Assembly (NCBI GenBank): GCA_017397685.1
Contig: JAFQID010000026.1
Coordinates: forward strand, 153 to 64,152
DNA from: Bacilli bacterium
Lineage (GTDB): Bacteria; Bacillota_I; Bacilli_A; RF39; UBA660
DNA length: 64,000 bases
Direction: 5' to 3'
In this document: positions 17,410 to 25,303 of the stretch, one piece after another
How positions within the stretch are numbered: the first letter of the stretch is position 1
Layout: each line of letters begins with the position of its first letter
The notes under the pieces: model-generated
The model's input: only the letters and a program-made list of their open reading frames with translations
What the model was told of the DNA's origin: nothing
The model's database searches: none
Made by a program: the position numbers and the translations under genes

Positions 17410-17672
17410 TGGATTTTAGCAATAAAAAAGCAATAGATTTTTTTGGAGAAGAAATTGTTGACAAACTAGAACAACAACATCAAGACAACTATCCTACTTT
17501 TTATCAAAGAATAGATTTTAATTTATGGCAATATGGAAGTAGTGGTTATTATATTGTTCCTTTTAAAGATAAAATGTATAAGGTTAAAGTTGAAGATAAT
17601 GTTCTTAAAAATCCACTTTATATAAATCAAATTGTAAACTGGGAAGAATATGAAATAAGTTTGGAGGGGTAA
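17409..17672 (+). CDS. hypothetical protein
   Basis: 87 aa. Confidence 0.4.
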   Translation: MDFSNKKAIDFFGEEIVDKLEQQHQDNYPTFYQRIDFNLWQYGSSGYYIVPFKDKMYKVKVEDNVLKNPLYINQIVNWEEYEISLEG

Positions 17673-17673
17673 T

Positions 17674-17886
17674 GTGAAAATAATAAAACAGGGAAAACCT
17701 TATAGAAAACATAAATGTTCAAAATGTAAGACTATTTATGCTTATCATATAAAAGATGATGTTATTGGAGAAAATATGTTGTATTGTCCGATATGTAAAA
17801 ATTATATGGATTTTATAATATTTGATAAAAAGATAACATACGAAAAATACCAAGAAATAAATAAAAATGAGTTTATTAATAAATAG
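17674..17886 (+). CDS. zinc-ribbon protein
   Basis: 70 aa. GTG start after GGAGGGG. CSKCKT...CPICKN. Confidence 0.45.
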   Translation: MKIIKQGKPYRKHKCSKCKTIYAYHIKDDVIGENMLYCPICKNYMDFIIFDKKITYEKYQEINKNEFINK

Positions 17887-18020
17887 AAAGGTTTGGAGGG
17901 GTAATGTGAGTGAAAAGGAAATATTAATATTTATTGCAATTTATATTACTGTTTATCCAATTATTATAGCAATAATAAATAATAATAATGATAAAAATAA
18001 ATAGAAAGGTTTGTGAGGTT

Positions 18021-18350
18021 ATGAAAGATATAAAATTGAACCCAAAACCAATGTTTTATGCTTGTGTTTTGGAAGGTTTAAGAAAAATAGCAAAAGAAAA
18101 TGGTTATGCACTAGCAATACATGGGAGTTGTGCAAGTGATTTAGATTTAATAGCAGTTAGATGGAATGATACATTTTCTACTCCAAATGAGTTAGCAAAA
18201 TGTTTTATAAATGAATTATCAAATTATGCTTTTGATAAATCTGAATTTGAAGAATTGACGACCCCTGAACATAGATATAAAAATCAAATACATTATACTA
18301 TTCCTATAATTGCCGATTGGTATATAGATTTAACTGTTATAGAAGATTAA
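18021..18350 (+). CDS. small protein with a nucleotidyltransferase-like hG[GS]...DxD motif (tentative)
   Basis: Start set at MKDIKLN. GYALAIHGSCASDLDLIAV resembles a minimal Pol-beta-superfamily NTase signature. Confidence 0.35.
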   Translation: MKDIKLNPKPMFYACVLEGLRKIAKENGYALAIHGSCASDLDLIAVRWNDTFSTPNELAKCFINELSNYAFDKSEFEELTTPEHRYKNQIHYTIPIIADWYIDLTVIED

Positions 18351-18362
18351 ATAATTTAGAAG

Positions 18363-18701
18363 ATGATGATTGTGAATGAAAATAAAATAATGGATAAAAT
18401 TAATAAAAACTTAAAAATTATAGATAATTTATTAATAGAAAATGGGTTTTATAAATATATTAGCAAAGTTGTTAATATAGAAGATGGAATAAGTCAACTA
18501 TATGACAATTTGAAACAATTACAACAAGAAAATGCACGATTGAAAGATAAAATGAAAGAATTACAACAAAGAATAGATAAAGCAATAGAATATATAGAAA
18601 ACAATACCTATTCAAGTGTAAGTACAATGAAAACAACTCTACATTTACAAAATGAAGAACTATACGATTTATTAGAAATATTAAAAGGTGGTAATAAATG
18701 A
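18363..18701 (+). CDS. hypothetical coiled-coil protein
   Basis: 112 aa. Confidence 0.4.
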   Translation: MMIVNENKIMDKINKNLKIIDNLLIENGFYKYISKVVNIEDGISQLYDNLKQLQQENARLKDKMKELQQRIDKAIEYIENNTYSSVSTMKTTLHLQNEELYDLLEILKGGNK

Positions 18702-18916
18702 CTAAAAAAGAATTAGAAAAACCATTTTATTTAATTGCACAATATTGGTTAGGCAATTTAGAAGGGTTTATAAAAATAGGAGACAACAAAGAAGAAATAA
18801 CTAAATTATTTAAAGATAAATATATGAGTACAGAAGGACACGATTTTGGAGTAACAGAAGAAAGTTATCAACTATTAGAAGTAAATGCAAAGGAAATATT
18901 AGGAGATAAAGAATGA
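18698..18916 (+). CDS. hypothetical protein
   Basis: 72 aa. Confidence 0.4.
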   Translation: MTKKELEKPFYLIAQYWLGNLEGFIKIGDNKEEITKLFKDKYMSTEGHDFGVTEESYQLLEVNAKEILGDKE

Positions 18917-19371
18917 AAAAAATAAATAATATAAAAGAAATGTATGAATATCTTGACACCATAAATGATATTAATGATATGAGATATGATGATTGCAAAA
19001 TACATAGTTACCTAAATGATGAAACATATAAAAAAATATTAGATGAAGTATTAAAACTAAAAGAAAAGCCAAAAAGAGTAATAGATGTTGGTAGCAACAT
19101 GAACCAATATGCTTATATGTTTGAAAATAAAGGAATTGATTATATAGGGATAGATTTATGGAATGCAAATAGATTTATGAAACCTTATGAAAACGAACAT
19201 ACAAAATTTATAGGTGCTAGATATGAAGATATAGCAGATTGGTTTAAAGATGATGTAATCATTAGTTGTTTATGTATAGGATATTTAGTTAAGCAAGAAG
19301 ATGTAAAAGCAAAACATTTAATAACAAATGAATTAGTAAATCATGACTACAAAGCAAAATTATGGTGGTAG
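18913..19371 (+). CDS. short FkbM-like SAM-methyltransferase-like protein (tentative)
   Basis: RVIDVGSNMNQYAYMF...GIDYIGIDL resembles FkbM motif I (DVGAN.G.y). At 152 aa it is short for an active enzyme. Confidence 0.3.
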   Translation: MKKINNIKEMYEYLDTINDINDMRYDDCKIHSYLNDETYKKILDEVLKLKEKPKRVIDVGSNMNQYAYMFENKGIDYIGIDLWNANRFMKPYENEHTKFIGARYEDIADWFKDDVIISCLCIGYLVKQEDVKAKHLITNELVNHDYKAKLWW

Positions 19372-19381
19372 GAGATAAAGA

Positions 19382-19666
19382 ATGAGTATAAGTAAAGAAA
19401 AAGGACTATATTATCAAGAAAAGTGGGAAGAACTACAAAACAAGTTTGCAAATATAGAAATGAAACAAGAAATAGAAAAATTACAACAAGAAAACCAAAA
19501 ACTAACACGTATCATAGAAGAATTAGAGAAGTGGTTAGAAGAAAAGAAAAAAGATAGCGAAACTGATAGAACATATATAAACGGAATGTGTTTTATAGGA
19601 CGAAACGAAGCGATATATAGTGGTGTTTTAGACAAACTCAAACAATTACAAGAGGAGAGTAAATGA
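19382..19666 (+). CDS. hypothetical coiled-coil protein
   Basis: 94 aa. Confidence 0.4.
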   Translation: MSISKEKGLYYQEKWEELQNKFANIEMKQEIEKLQQENQKLTRIIEELEKWLEEKKKDSETDRTYINGMCFIGRNEAIYSGVLDKLKQLQEESK

Positions 19667-20076
19667 AATTAGAAGTAGGAATGTATGTAAGAACTAAAAA
19701 TGGTTCAATAGATAAAATAATTGATACAACAGAAGAATGGTACGAATTAGAAGGTGATGAAGATGAGAAACCTTATAAAATATATAAATTAAATCATTAT
19801 TATTATGATGATGAATTTGATGAAGATACAAAGTGGTTTTTAGAAAGATTTTTTGTTAAAGCAAGTCATAACATTATAGATATTTTAGAAGTTGGAGATT
19901 ATGTTAATGGATATTATGTAACAACTGGGAGTAAAAGTGGTGGTTGTTCTTTGGGAAGTATTTATATAGCAGAAATAGATGGATTAGGTTTACATAAAAA
20001 ATTATACGAAAAAGATATTAAATCAATAGTAACAAAAGAACAATTTGAAGTAATGCAATATAAGGTAGGTGAATAA
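19663..20076 (+). CDS. hypothetical protein
   Basis: 137 aa. Confidence 0.4.
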   Translation: MKLEVGMYVRTKNGSIDKIIDTTEEWYELEGDEDEKPYKIYKLNHYYYDDEFDEDTKWFLERFFVKASHNIIDILEVGDYVNGYYVTTGSKSGGCSLGSIYIAEIDGLGLHKKLYEKDIKSIVTKEQFEVMQYKVGE

Positions 20077-20077
20077 T

Positions 20078-20359
20078 ATGGCAACAAAGTTTAAAGAATA
20101 TGAACCAAGATATATGTTTGAAGAATTGGGATATGAATATAAGTTTGTTGATGGTAAAGAAAATAATTGTGAAAATGTAATTATTTATACACATAAAAAA
20201 CAAGGAATTAAGATTCAATTTAATTTACTAAATCAATTAATATATTTTGAAATAGAAAATAAGTTTAAAGATTATGACAAAATAGGAATGTTTATAACAA
20301 AAGAATTGTTAATGGCTATTAATAAACAAAAAGAAGAACTGGGGTGGGATAATGAATGA
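20078..20359 (+). CDS. hypothetical protein, paralog of 20965-21198
   Basis: Start set at MATKFKEY. Shares MFEELGYE... and the C-terminal ...LMAINKQKEELGWDNE with the paralog (MLEELNY...LQAINKQTEELGWEE). Confidence 0.45.
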   Translation: MATKFKEYEPRYMFEELGYEYKFVDGKENNCENVIIYTHKKQGIKIQFNLLNQLIYFEIENKFKDYDKIGMFITKELLMAINKQKEELGWDNE

Positions 20360-20630
20360 AAAAATAAAATATACACCTCAAGGATTCAGTTATATAGATA
20401 TAACAATATTTGATTGTTTATCCTGGGGAGGATTAGGAATATGTGATGGCTGTGGTAAACCTCATAAAGAATTAAAACTAATATATGTATTACATGATAC
20501 ATATTGTAATAAATGTTTTGATACCTGGTTAAAAAGGTCAGCTAAATATTCTAAAGAAGATATTGAATATGATCTAGAAATACAAAAAGAAAATCATATT
20601 CAATGGTACAAGTATCATGGGGTAATCTAG
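20352..20630 (+). CDS. Cys-rich (zinc-binding?) protein
   Basis: 92 aa. CDGCGKPH...CNKCFD. Confidence 0.4.
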   Translation: MNEKIKYTPQGFSYIDITIFDCLSWGGLGICDGCGKPHKELKLIYVLHDTYCNKCFDTWLKRSAKYSKEDIEYDLEIQKENHIQWYKYHGVI

Positions 20631-20734
20631 ATGAGAGTAAAACATGCAAGTGGTAGGCATACAGTTAATAAAATAAACTATTGTCCTATGTGCGGTAAAA
20701 AGTTAGATATACTAAAAGATAAAATGGAGGAAGA

Positions 20735-20968
20735 ATGAATGAAGATATATTAAAAGAAGAAATAGCAATGTTAGAAAGCAATAATAGGGCTATGCAAGAA
20801 GAAATGGCTAGAACATGGGAAAAATACGATAAAGTTATAAACAACTGGAACGAATTAAAAAATTGGTTAATAAAAAAGATGAATGAATATGTAACTTATC
20901 AAGGAGATTTAAGTTCTATATATGAAGAAGTATTTGATAAAGTTAAAGAAATAGAGGAAGAAGAATGA
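20735..20968 (+). CDS. hypothetical protein
   Basis: 77 aa. Confidence 0.4.
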   Translation: MNEDILKEEIAMLESNNRAMQEEMARTWEKYDKVINNWNELKNWLIKKMNEYVTYQGDLSSIYEEVFDKVKEIEEEE

Positions 20969-21198
20969 CAGCAAAAGAAATGCTTGAAGAATTAAATTAT
21001 TTTCAAAGTGGTGAGGATTTTGAAGATGAATTAGTTTACAATTTACATAGCCAAGACATTGAGAATTATAGGTATATAAGTTTTCATAAAACATTTAAAT
21101 ATATAGAAATGGATGATTGGACAGGAACTTTTCAATTATCTATGAAAGAACTTCAAGCCATAAATAAACAAACAGAAGAATTAGGATGGGAAGAATAA
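20965..21198 (+). CDS. hypothetical protein, paralog of 20078-20359
   Basis: See 20078-20359. Confidence 0.45.
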   Translation: MTAKEMLEELNYFQSGEDFEDELVYNLHSQDIENYRYISFHKTFKYIEMDDWTGTFQLSMKELQAINKQTEELGWEE

Positions 21199-21495
21199 AT
21201 GCAAGAAGAAAAACTATTAAAAATAATAAATCATTATGGAGTTATACCACAGTTAAAACATTTTCAAAGTGAAGTATTTGAATTAACAGAAGCAATTATT
21301 GATTATAGATATGTAGAAGTTTATAAAGGTAGTCCTGCGGAAAAATACCACAAAGAACATATAGCAGAAGAAATTGCAGATGTAGAAGTAATGTTATTAC
21401 AATTTAAAGAATACTATCATATCAACGGAAATGATATTTTAAAAATTATGAATGAAAAGATAGATAGACAACTTAAAAGACTGGAGAAAGAATGA
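21199..21495 (+). CDS. MazG-like nucleotide pyrophosphohydrolase (small, all-alpha NTP-PPase)
   Basis: 98 aa. EVFELTEAI...HIAEEIADVEVMLLQ shows the EExxE/D-type MazG helices. Confidence 0.55.
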   Translation: MQEEKLLKIINHYGVIPQLKHFQSEVFELTEAIIDYRYVEVYKGSPAEKYHKEHIAEEIADVEVMLLQFKEYYHINGNDILKIMNEKIDRQLKRLEKE

Positions 21496-21655
21496 ATAAA
21501 GAAGATTATGCACAATTTCATTTGTTGTTGGCAAAATTAAAATATGAATTATCAATATGTATGTATGAAACTGATAATAAAGATTATAGAGACGAAATAG
21601 AAAGACATATAAAATCAATAGATGATTTAATGCTAGTGTTTTTATTGGAGGGATA

Positions 21656-22063
21656 ATGTTAGGTCATTTAACAATTAAAGAAGCTAGAAATGAAATAACT
21701 AAATTAGAAAACGAATTAGATTTATATTTAACTAAGAAGAAAATTAATTTTGAAAAAACACAACCAGGAAGTCCTAAAATGAATGATATTTTAACAAGTA
21801 AAACTGGAATGATATTTGATAAGTTCACTCATTACATAATTAAGGACAGTGAATATGATTCTAAAATATATAGTTTACAAGAAAGCATTAATGCATATCA
21901 AAAATATGTTATAGAAGAAATGAAAAGAATATCTGAAAATGGTGGAAGTGAATTAATAGTTTATTATAGAGATGAACTTAAACTTAAATGGGAAGAAATA
22001 GTTAAACTTACACATTATTCGTTGAGACAATGCCATAATCTATATAATCAAGCAAAAAAGTAA
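21656..22063 (+). CDS. putative late-gene transcription regulator (region-4/HTH-like C-terminus; tentative)
   Basis: 135 aa. Last gene before the non-coding leader and the packaging genes. The C-terminus WEEIVKLTHYSLRQCHNLYNQAKK is HTH-like. Confidence 0.3.
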   Translation: MLGHLTIKEARNEITKLENELDLYLTKKKINFEKTQPGSPKMNDILTSKTGMIFDKFTHYIIKDSEYDSKIYSLQESINAYQKYVIEEMKRISENGGSELIVYYRDELKLKWEEIVKLTHYSLRQCHNLYNQAKK

Positions 22064-22321
22064 ACATTGCACACTTTTGCACATTTGAGTATGGTAAAAT
22101 GGTATTGTGGAAAAATACACACAGGACATAGGACAACCTCCTGACAACACTGTCTTATAGGCAGTGTACTGATATTTATAAAATGCTATAGGCGGTTTTA
22201 CTCGAGAAGTGACGAAAGTTGGATAGAAGTATTTCTGTCTATATCACGATAGAGAATAAACCTAGTATTCCGCTTATCTAGGGAGCAAATATAAATGTTA
22301 GTACAGTGCTTTTAAGCCAAT

Positions 22322-22353
22322 AAAGAACACGTCTGATAGGTGTTCTTTTATTA
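22322..22353 (+). terminator. strong intrinsic terminator immediately upstream of the late operon
   Basis: AAAGAACAC (22322-22330), a 9-nt loop, GTGTTCTTT (22340-22348), then TATT. The HNH ATG lies 15 nt downstream. Confidence 0.7.
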
Positions 22354-22365
22354 TGGAGATAATAT

Positions 22366-22692
22366 ATGTCAAAAAAGTTAGAAGAATTAAAAAAAGAAAT
22401 GATACAAGTATATGGAACTAGATGTTGGATAACTTTAAACAAAGTAAACAGATTAACAGCACATCACATTATACCTGTACGTGATAAAGGTGAAACAAGA
22501 TGGGAAAATATAGCTTTACTTTCAAATGATAGTCATATATATCTAAACTACATAGAAAGAATAGCACCATGTGTAGCATATGATCTAAATTGTTTGTTTT
22601 ATGAACTAAATAGAACCTATGCACCACCAACGGTAGATTATGAAGAAGAAGTAAAAAGAGTATTAAGGAGAGTTAATTATAATGACAGATAA
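22366..22692 (+). CDS. terminase-associated HNH endonuclease
   Basis: 108 aa. RLTAHHIIPVRDKGETRWENIALLSNDSHIYLN (HNH). Directly upstream of terS/terL. Confidence 0.75.
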   Translation: MSKKLEELKKEMIQVYGTRCWITLNKVNRLTAHHIIPVRDKGETRWENIALLSNDSHIYLNYIERIAPCVAYDLNCLFYELNRTYAPPTVDYEEEVKRVLRRVNYNDR

Positions 22693-22879
22693 ACAACTTA
22701 AAAAGAAAAGTAAAGTAGAAGAATATAGAAATGAAATAGATGAAGCGAAAGAAAAAGCAATGTATAAGTTTTATGAAAAAAGAAGGCTAAGAGAGGTGAT
22801 AAAGAATGAGTTTGACTCCAAAGCAAGAAAGATTTATACAAAATATCGTAAGTGGAATGAGTCAAAGGCAAGCGTATAA
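22682..22879 (+). CDS. possible small basic protein (doubtful; overlaps terS by 74 nt)
   Basis: ORF-track entry, Lys/Arg-rich. Its ATG lies 11 nt inside the HNH 3' end. Confidence 0.3.
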   Translation: MTDKQLKKKSKVEEYRNEIDEAKEKAMYKFYEKRRLREVIKNEFDSKARKIYTKYRKWNESKASV

Positions 22880-23252
22880 AGAAGCATTTGGAGCAGAATA
22901 TGATGATGATGCGATAGATAGTAACGCAAGTACATTATTTAATTCTACAAAGATACAACAAAGGTATAAAGAAATTATTAACAAACTAGAAGAAGAAACA
23001 ATTATGACGGCGAAACAAAGAATGAAGTGGTTGTCTGATGTTATAAATGGTAATATCAAAGAAAAAACAGCTATATTAAAAACTGATGCTGATGGTAATA
23101 GTAAATTGGTTGAACAAGAGTTTCCATCAAAACTAGATACTAAAATAAAAGCGTTAGATACTCTTAATAAAATGGACGGAGAATATATTACTAAAATAGA
23201 AGGGGAAATAGGAGTAACAACTATAAGAGTAAATATAGAAGATGAAGAATGA
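22806..23252 (+). CDS. terS: terminase small subunit
   Basis: 148 aa. MSLTPKQERFIQNIVSGMSQRQAYKEAFG is the typical Terminase_2-type N-terminal HTH. Confidence 0.8.
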   Translation: MSLTPKQERFIQNIVSGMSQRQAYKEAFGAEYDDDAIDSNASTLFNSTKIQQRYKEIINKLEEETIMTAKQRMKWLSDVINGNIKEKTAILKTDADGNSKLVEQEFPSKLDTKIKALDTLNKMDGEYITKIEGEIGVTTIRVNIEDEE

Positions 23253-24714
23253 AATAAATATTAGTATAAGTAAAAAAGTATTCAACAAAGCATTTATTCA
23301 TTTGTTAGAATGCATTAAAAGATATTTAATTTTATATGGGGGTGCAGGAAGTGGTAAAAGTTATTTTATATGTGAAAGATATTTGTATAAATTATTAAAA
23401 AATAAAACTTGTAATTTACTTGTGGTTCGTAAAACTGGGAAAAGCAACAGAGATAGTACTTATGCACTATTCAAACAAATAATAAGCAAGTGGAAACTGA
23501 ATAAATATTTTAAAATTAACGAAAGTGATTTAAGAATAAAATGTTTGCTTAATGGTAATGAAATAGTATTTGCTGGACTTGATGATGTTGAAAAGTTAAA
23601 ATCTATTACGTTTAGCAAAGGAGAACTTACTGATGTATGGATAGAAGAAGCATCAGAAATACTTGAGAGTGATTTTAATCAACTTGATGTTCGTTTAAGA
23701 GGCAAAGGAACGCAAAAACAAATAGTTATAAGTTTTAACCCAATAGATATAAATCACTGGCTCAAAAAAAGGTTCTTTGATATTAAAAGTGATAATGTTG
23801 AAGTAATGCATTCAACATATCTAAACAATGACTTTTTAGATGATGATTATAAAGAATTGCTAGAAAGTTATAAAAATACAGATCCTTATTATTACGATGT
23901 GTATTGTTTAGGTAACTGGGGAGTGTTAGGTAAAACTGTGTTTGATGCTAAAAAATTACAGGAAAGATTACAAAATATACCTAAACCATTAAAGATTGGG
24001 TATTTTTCTTATGATTATGATGGAATAAAAATAAGTGATATAAAATGGGTAAATGATAAGAATGGATATATAAATATATATCAAGTACCAAATGTACCTA
24101 AAATAACTAAGTATTGTATTGGTTGTGATACCGCTGGTGATGGTTCAGATTACTTCACAGCACACGTACTCAACGCAGAAACGGGAGAGCAAGTAGCAAC
24201 ACTTAAGCAACAATTTGATGCAGACCAATATGCGAAACAAATATATTGCTTAGGAATGTATTATAAAGAAGCTCTAGTTGGAATAGAAGCTAATTTTGAT
24301 AGCTTTCCTATAATGGAACTTCAAAGACTAGGATATACAAACCAGTACGTAAGAGAAGCAGTAGATACATATACAGGAAAGACGGAAAAAAGGTTTGGAT
24401 TTAAAACGACTTCATTAACAAGACCGACAATAATATCTAAACTAATAGAAATAGTTAGAGAACATACAGAAGTTATTAATGATAGAGATACAATAGAAGA
24501 ATTATTAACAATAGTAAGAAATGAAAAAGGTCGAATAGAAGCACCTGATGGCGGACATGACGACCAAATGATGGGACTTGCAATAGCTCATCATATAAGA
24601 GAACAAGTAGTATTTGATACTGAACCTATAGAGGTGCATTCACAATATAGATTCAATATAGAAAAAATAAATGAGACAAATAATGATTATGGAGAGGAAA
24701 TAGTAATAGTATAG
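23242..24714 (+). CDS. terL: terminase large subunit (PBSX/XtmB-like)
   Basis: 490 aa. Walker A YGGAGSGKS, Walker B-like VWIEEASE, and a C-terminal RNaseH-like nuclease (GCDTAGDGSDY...GGHDDQMMG). Confidence 0.9.
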   Translation: MKNEINISISKKVFNKAFIHLLECIKRYLILYGGAGSGKSYFICERYLYKLLKNKTCNLLVVRKTGKSNRDSTYALFKQIISKWKLNKYFKINESDLRIKCLLNGNEIVFAGLDDVEKLKSITFSKGELTDVWIEEASEILESDFNQLDVRLRGKGTQKQIVISFNPIDINHWLKKRFFDIKSDNVEVMHSTYLNNDFLDDDYKELLESYKNTDPYYYDVYCLGNWGVLGKTVFDAKKLQERLQNIPKPLKIGYFSYDYDGIKISDIKWVNDKNGYINIYQVPNVPKITKYCIGCDTAGDGSDYFTAHVLNAETGEQVATLKQQFDADQYAKQIYCLGMYYKEALVGIEANFDSFPIMELQRLGYTNQYVREAVDTYTGKTEKRFGFKTTSLTRPTIISKLIEIVREHTEVINDRDTIEELLTIVRNEKGRIEAPDGGHDDQMMGLAIAHHIREQVVFDTEPIEVHSQYRFNIEKINETNNDYGEEIVIV

Positions 24715-24720
24715 AAAGAT

Positions 24721-24897
24721 ATGAGCAAAACAGAACCGACAAAAATATGCATGTTAAAGTGTCTTAAATGTGCGAATGTTCAGACAATAAGAAGAAGAAA
24801 ATCAAGATTAAAGAAAGATGGACATATAAAACATTTATGGTGTTGGAAATGCAAAGAAAGAACAAAACATTTAGAAGAAAAAGAAAAGGAGGAATAA
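24721..24897 (+). CDS. 58-aa zinc-ribbon protein (not in the ORF track)
   Basis: MSKTEPTKICMLKCLKCANVQTIRRRKSRLKKDGHIKHLWCWKCKERTKHLEEKEKEE. CxxC...CxxC, very basic. Confidence 0.45.
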   Translation: MSKTEPTKICMLKCLKCANVQTIRRRKSRLKKDGHIKHLWCWKCKERTKHLEEKEKEE

Positions 24898-25023
24898 AAT
24901 GAAAAAAAGAATTTTAAGAGAGTATTTAAAAAATAGAGGAGTAAAAGCAAAATCAACAATAGAGGAACCTTCTTCAGTTAAAACAAAAGAAATTAAAACT
25001 AAAAAAAAGAAGAGTGATAAATA

Positions 25024-25293
25024 ATGAATATAACAATAATTATATTTATAGCAGGCTTAATTGTGTTTACAAGCATATCTAATATGATATGTTTTTTTCT
25101 TGGTGCAAAAATAAGACAAAAAGTAGATAAAGGAGAAACATTAAAACTTCCTACAATAAATCCTATTGAAATATATAGAGAACATCAAGAAAGAAAAGAA
25201 GTCGATAAAGAGAAAGAAAAACTAGACATTATATTAAGCAATATCGAAAAATACGATGGTACTTCTAAAGGACAAGAAGATGTACCTAGTTAG
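25024..25293 (+). CDS. small membrane protein
   Basis: 89 aa. N-terminal TM helix. Confidence 0.45.
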   Translation: MNITIIIFIAGLIVFTSISNMICFFLGAKIRQKVDKGETLKLPTINPIEIYREHQERKEVDKEKEKLDIILSNIEKYDGTSKGQEDVPS

Positions 25294-25303
25294 GAGGTGA
25301 GTG

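Noticed and set aside
22064-22365. The non-coding leader considered as a tRNA/tmRNA gene, a group I intron, or a HEARO/omega-type RNA linked to the adjacent HNH gene.
   Set aside because: I could not fold a cloverleaf or a tRNA-like acceptor/T-arm. The flanking genes are not split exons. The adjacent HNH protein is only 108 aa, far smaller than IscB-type proteins. It is kept as an unexplained regulatory/ncRNA/cos candidate in the findings.
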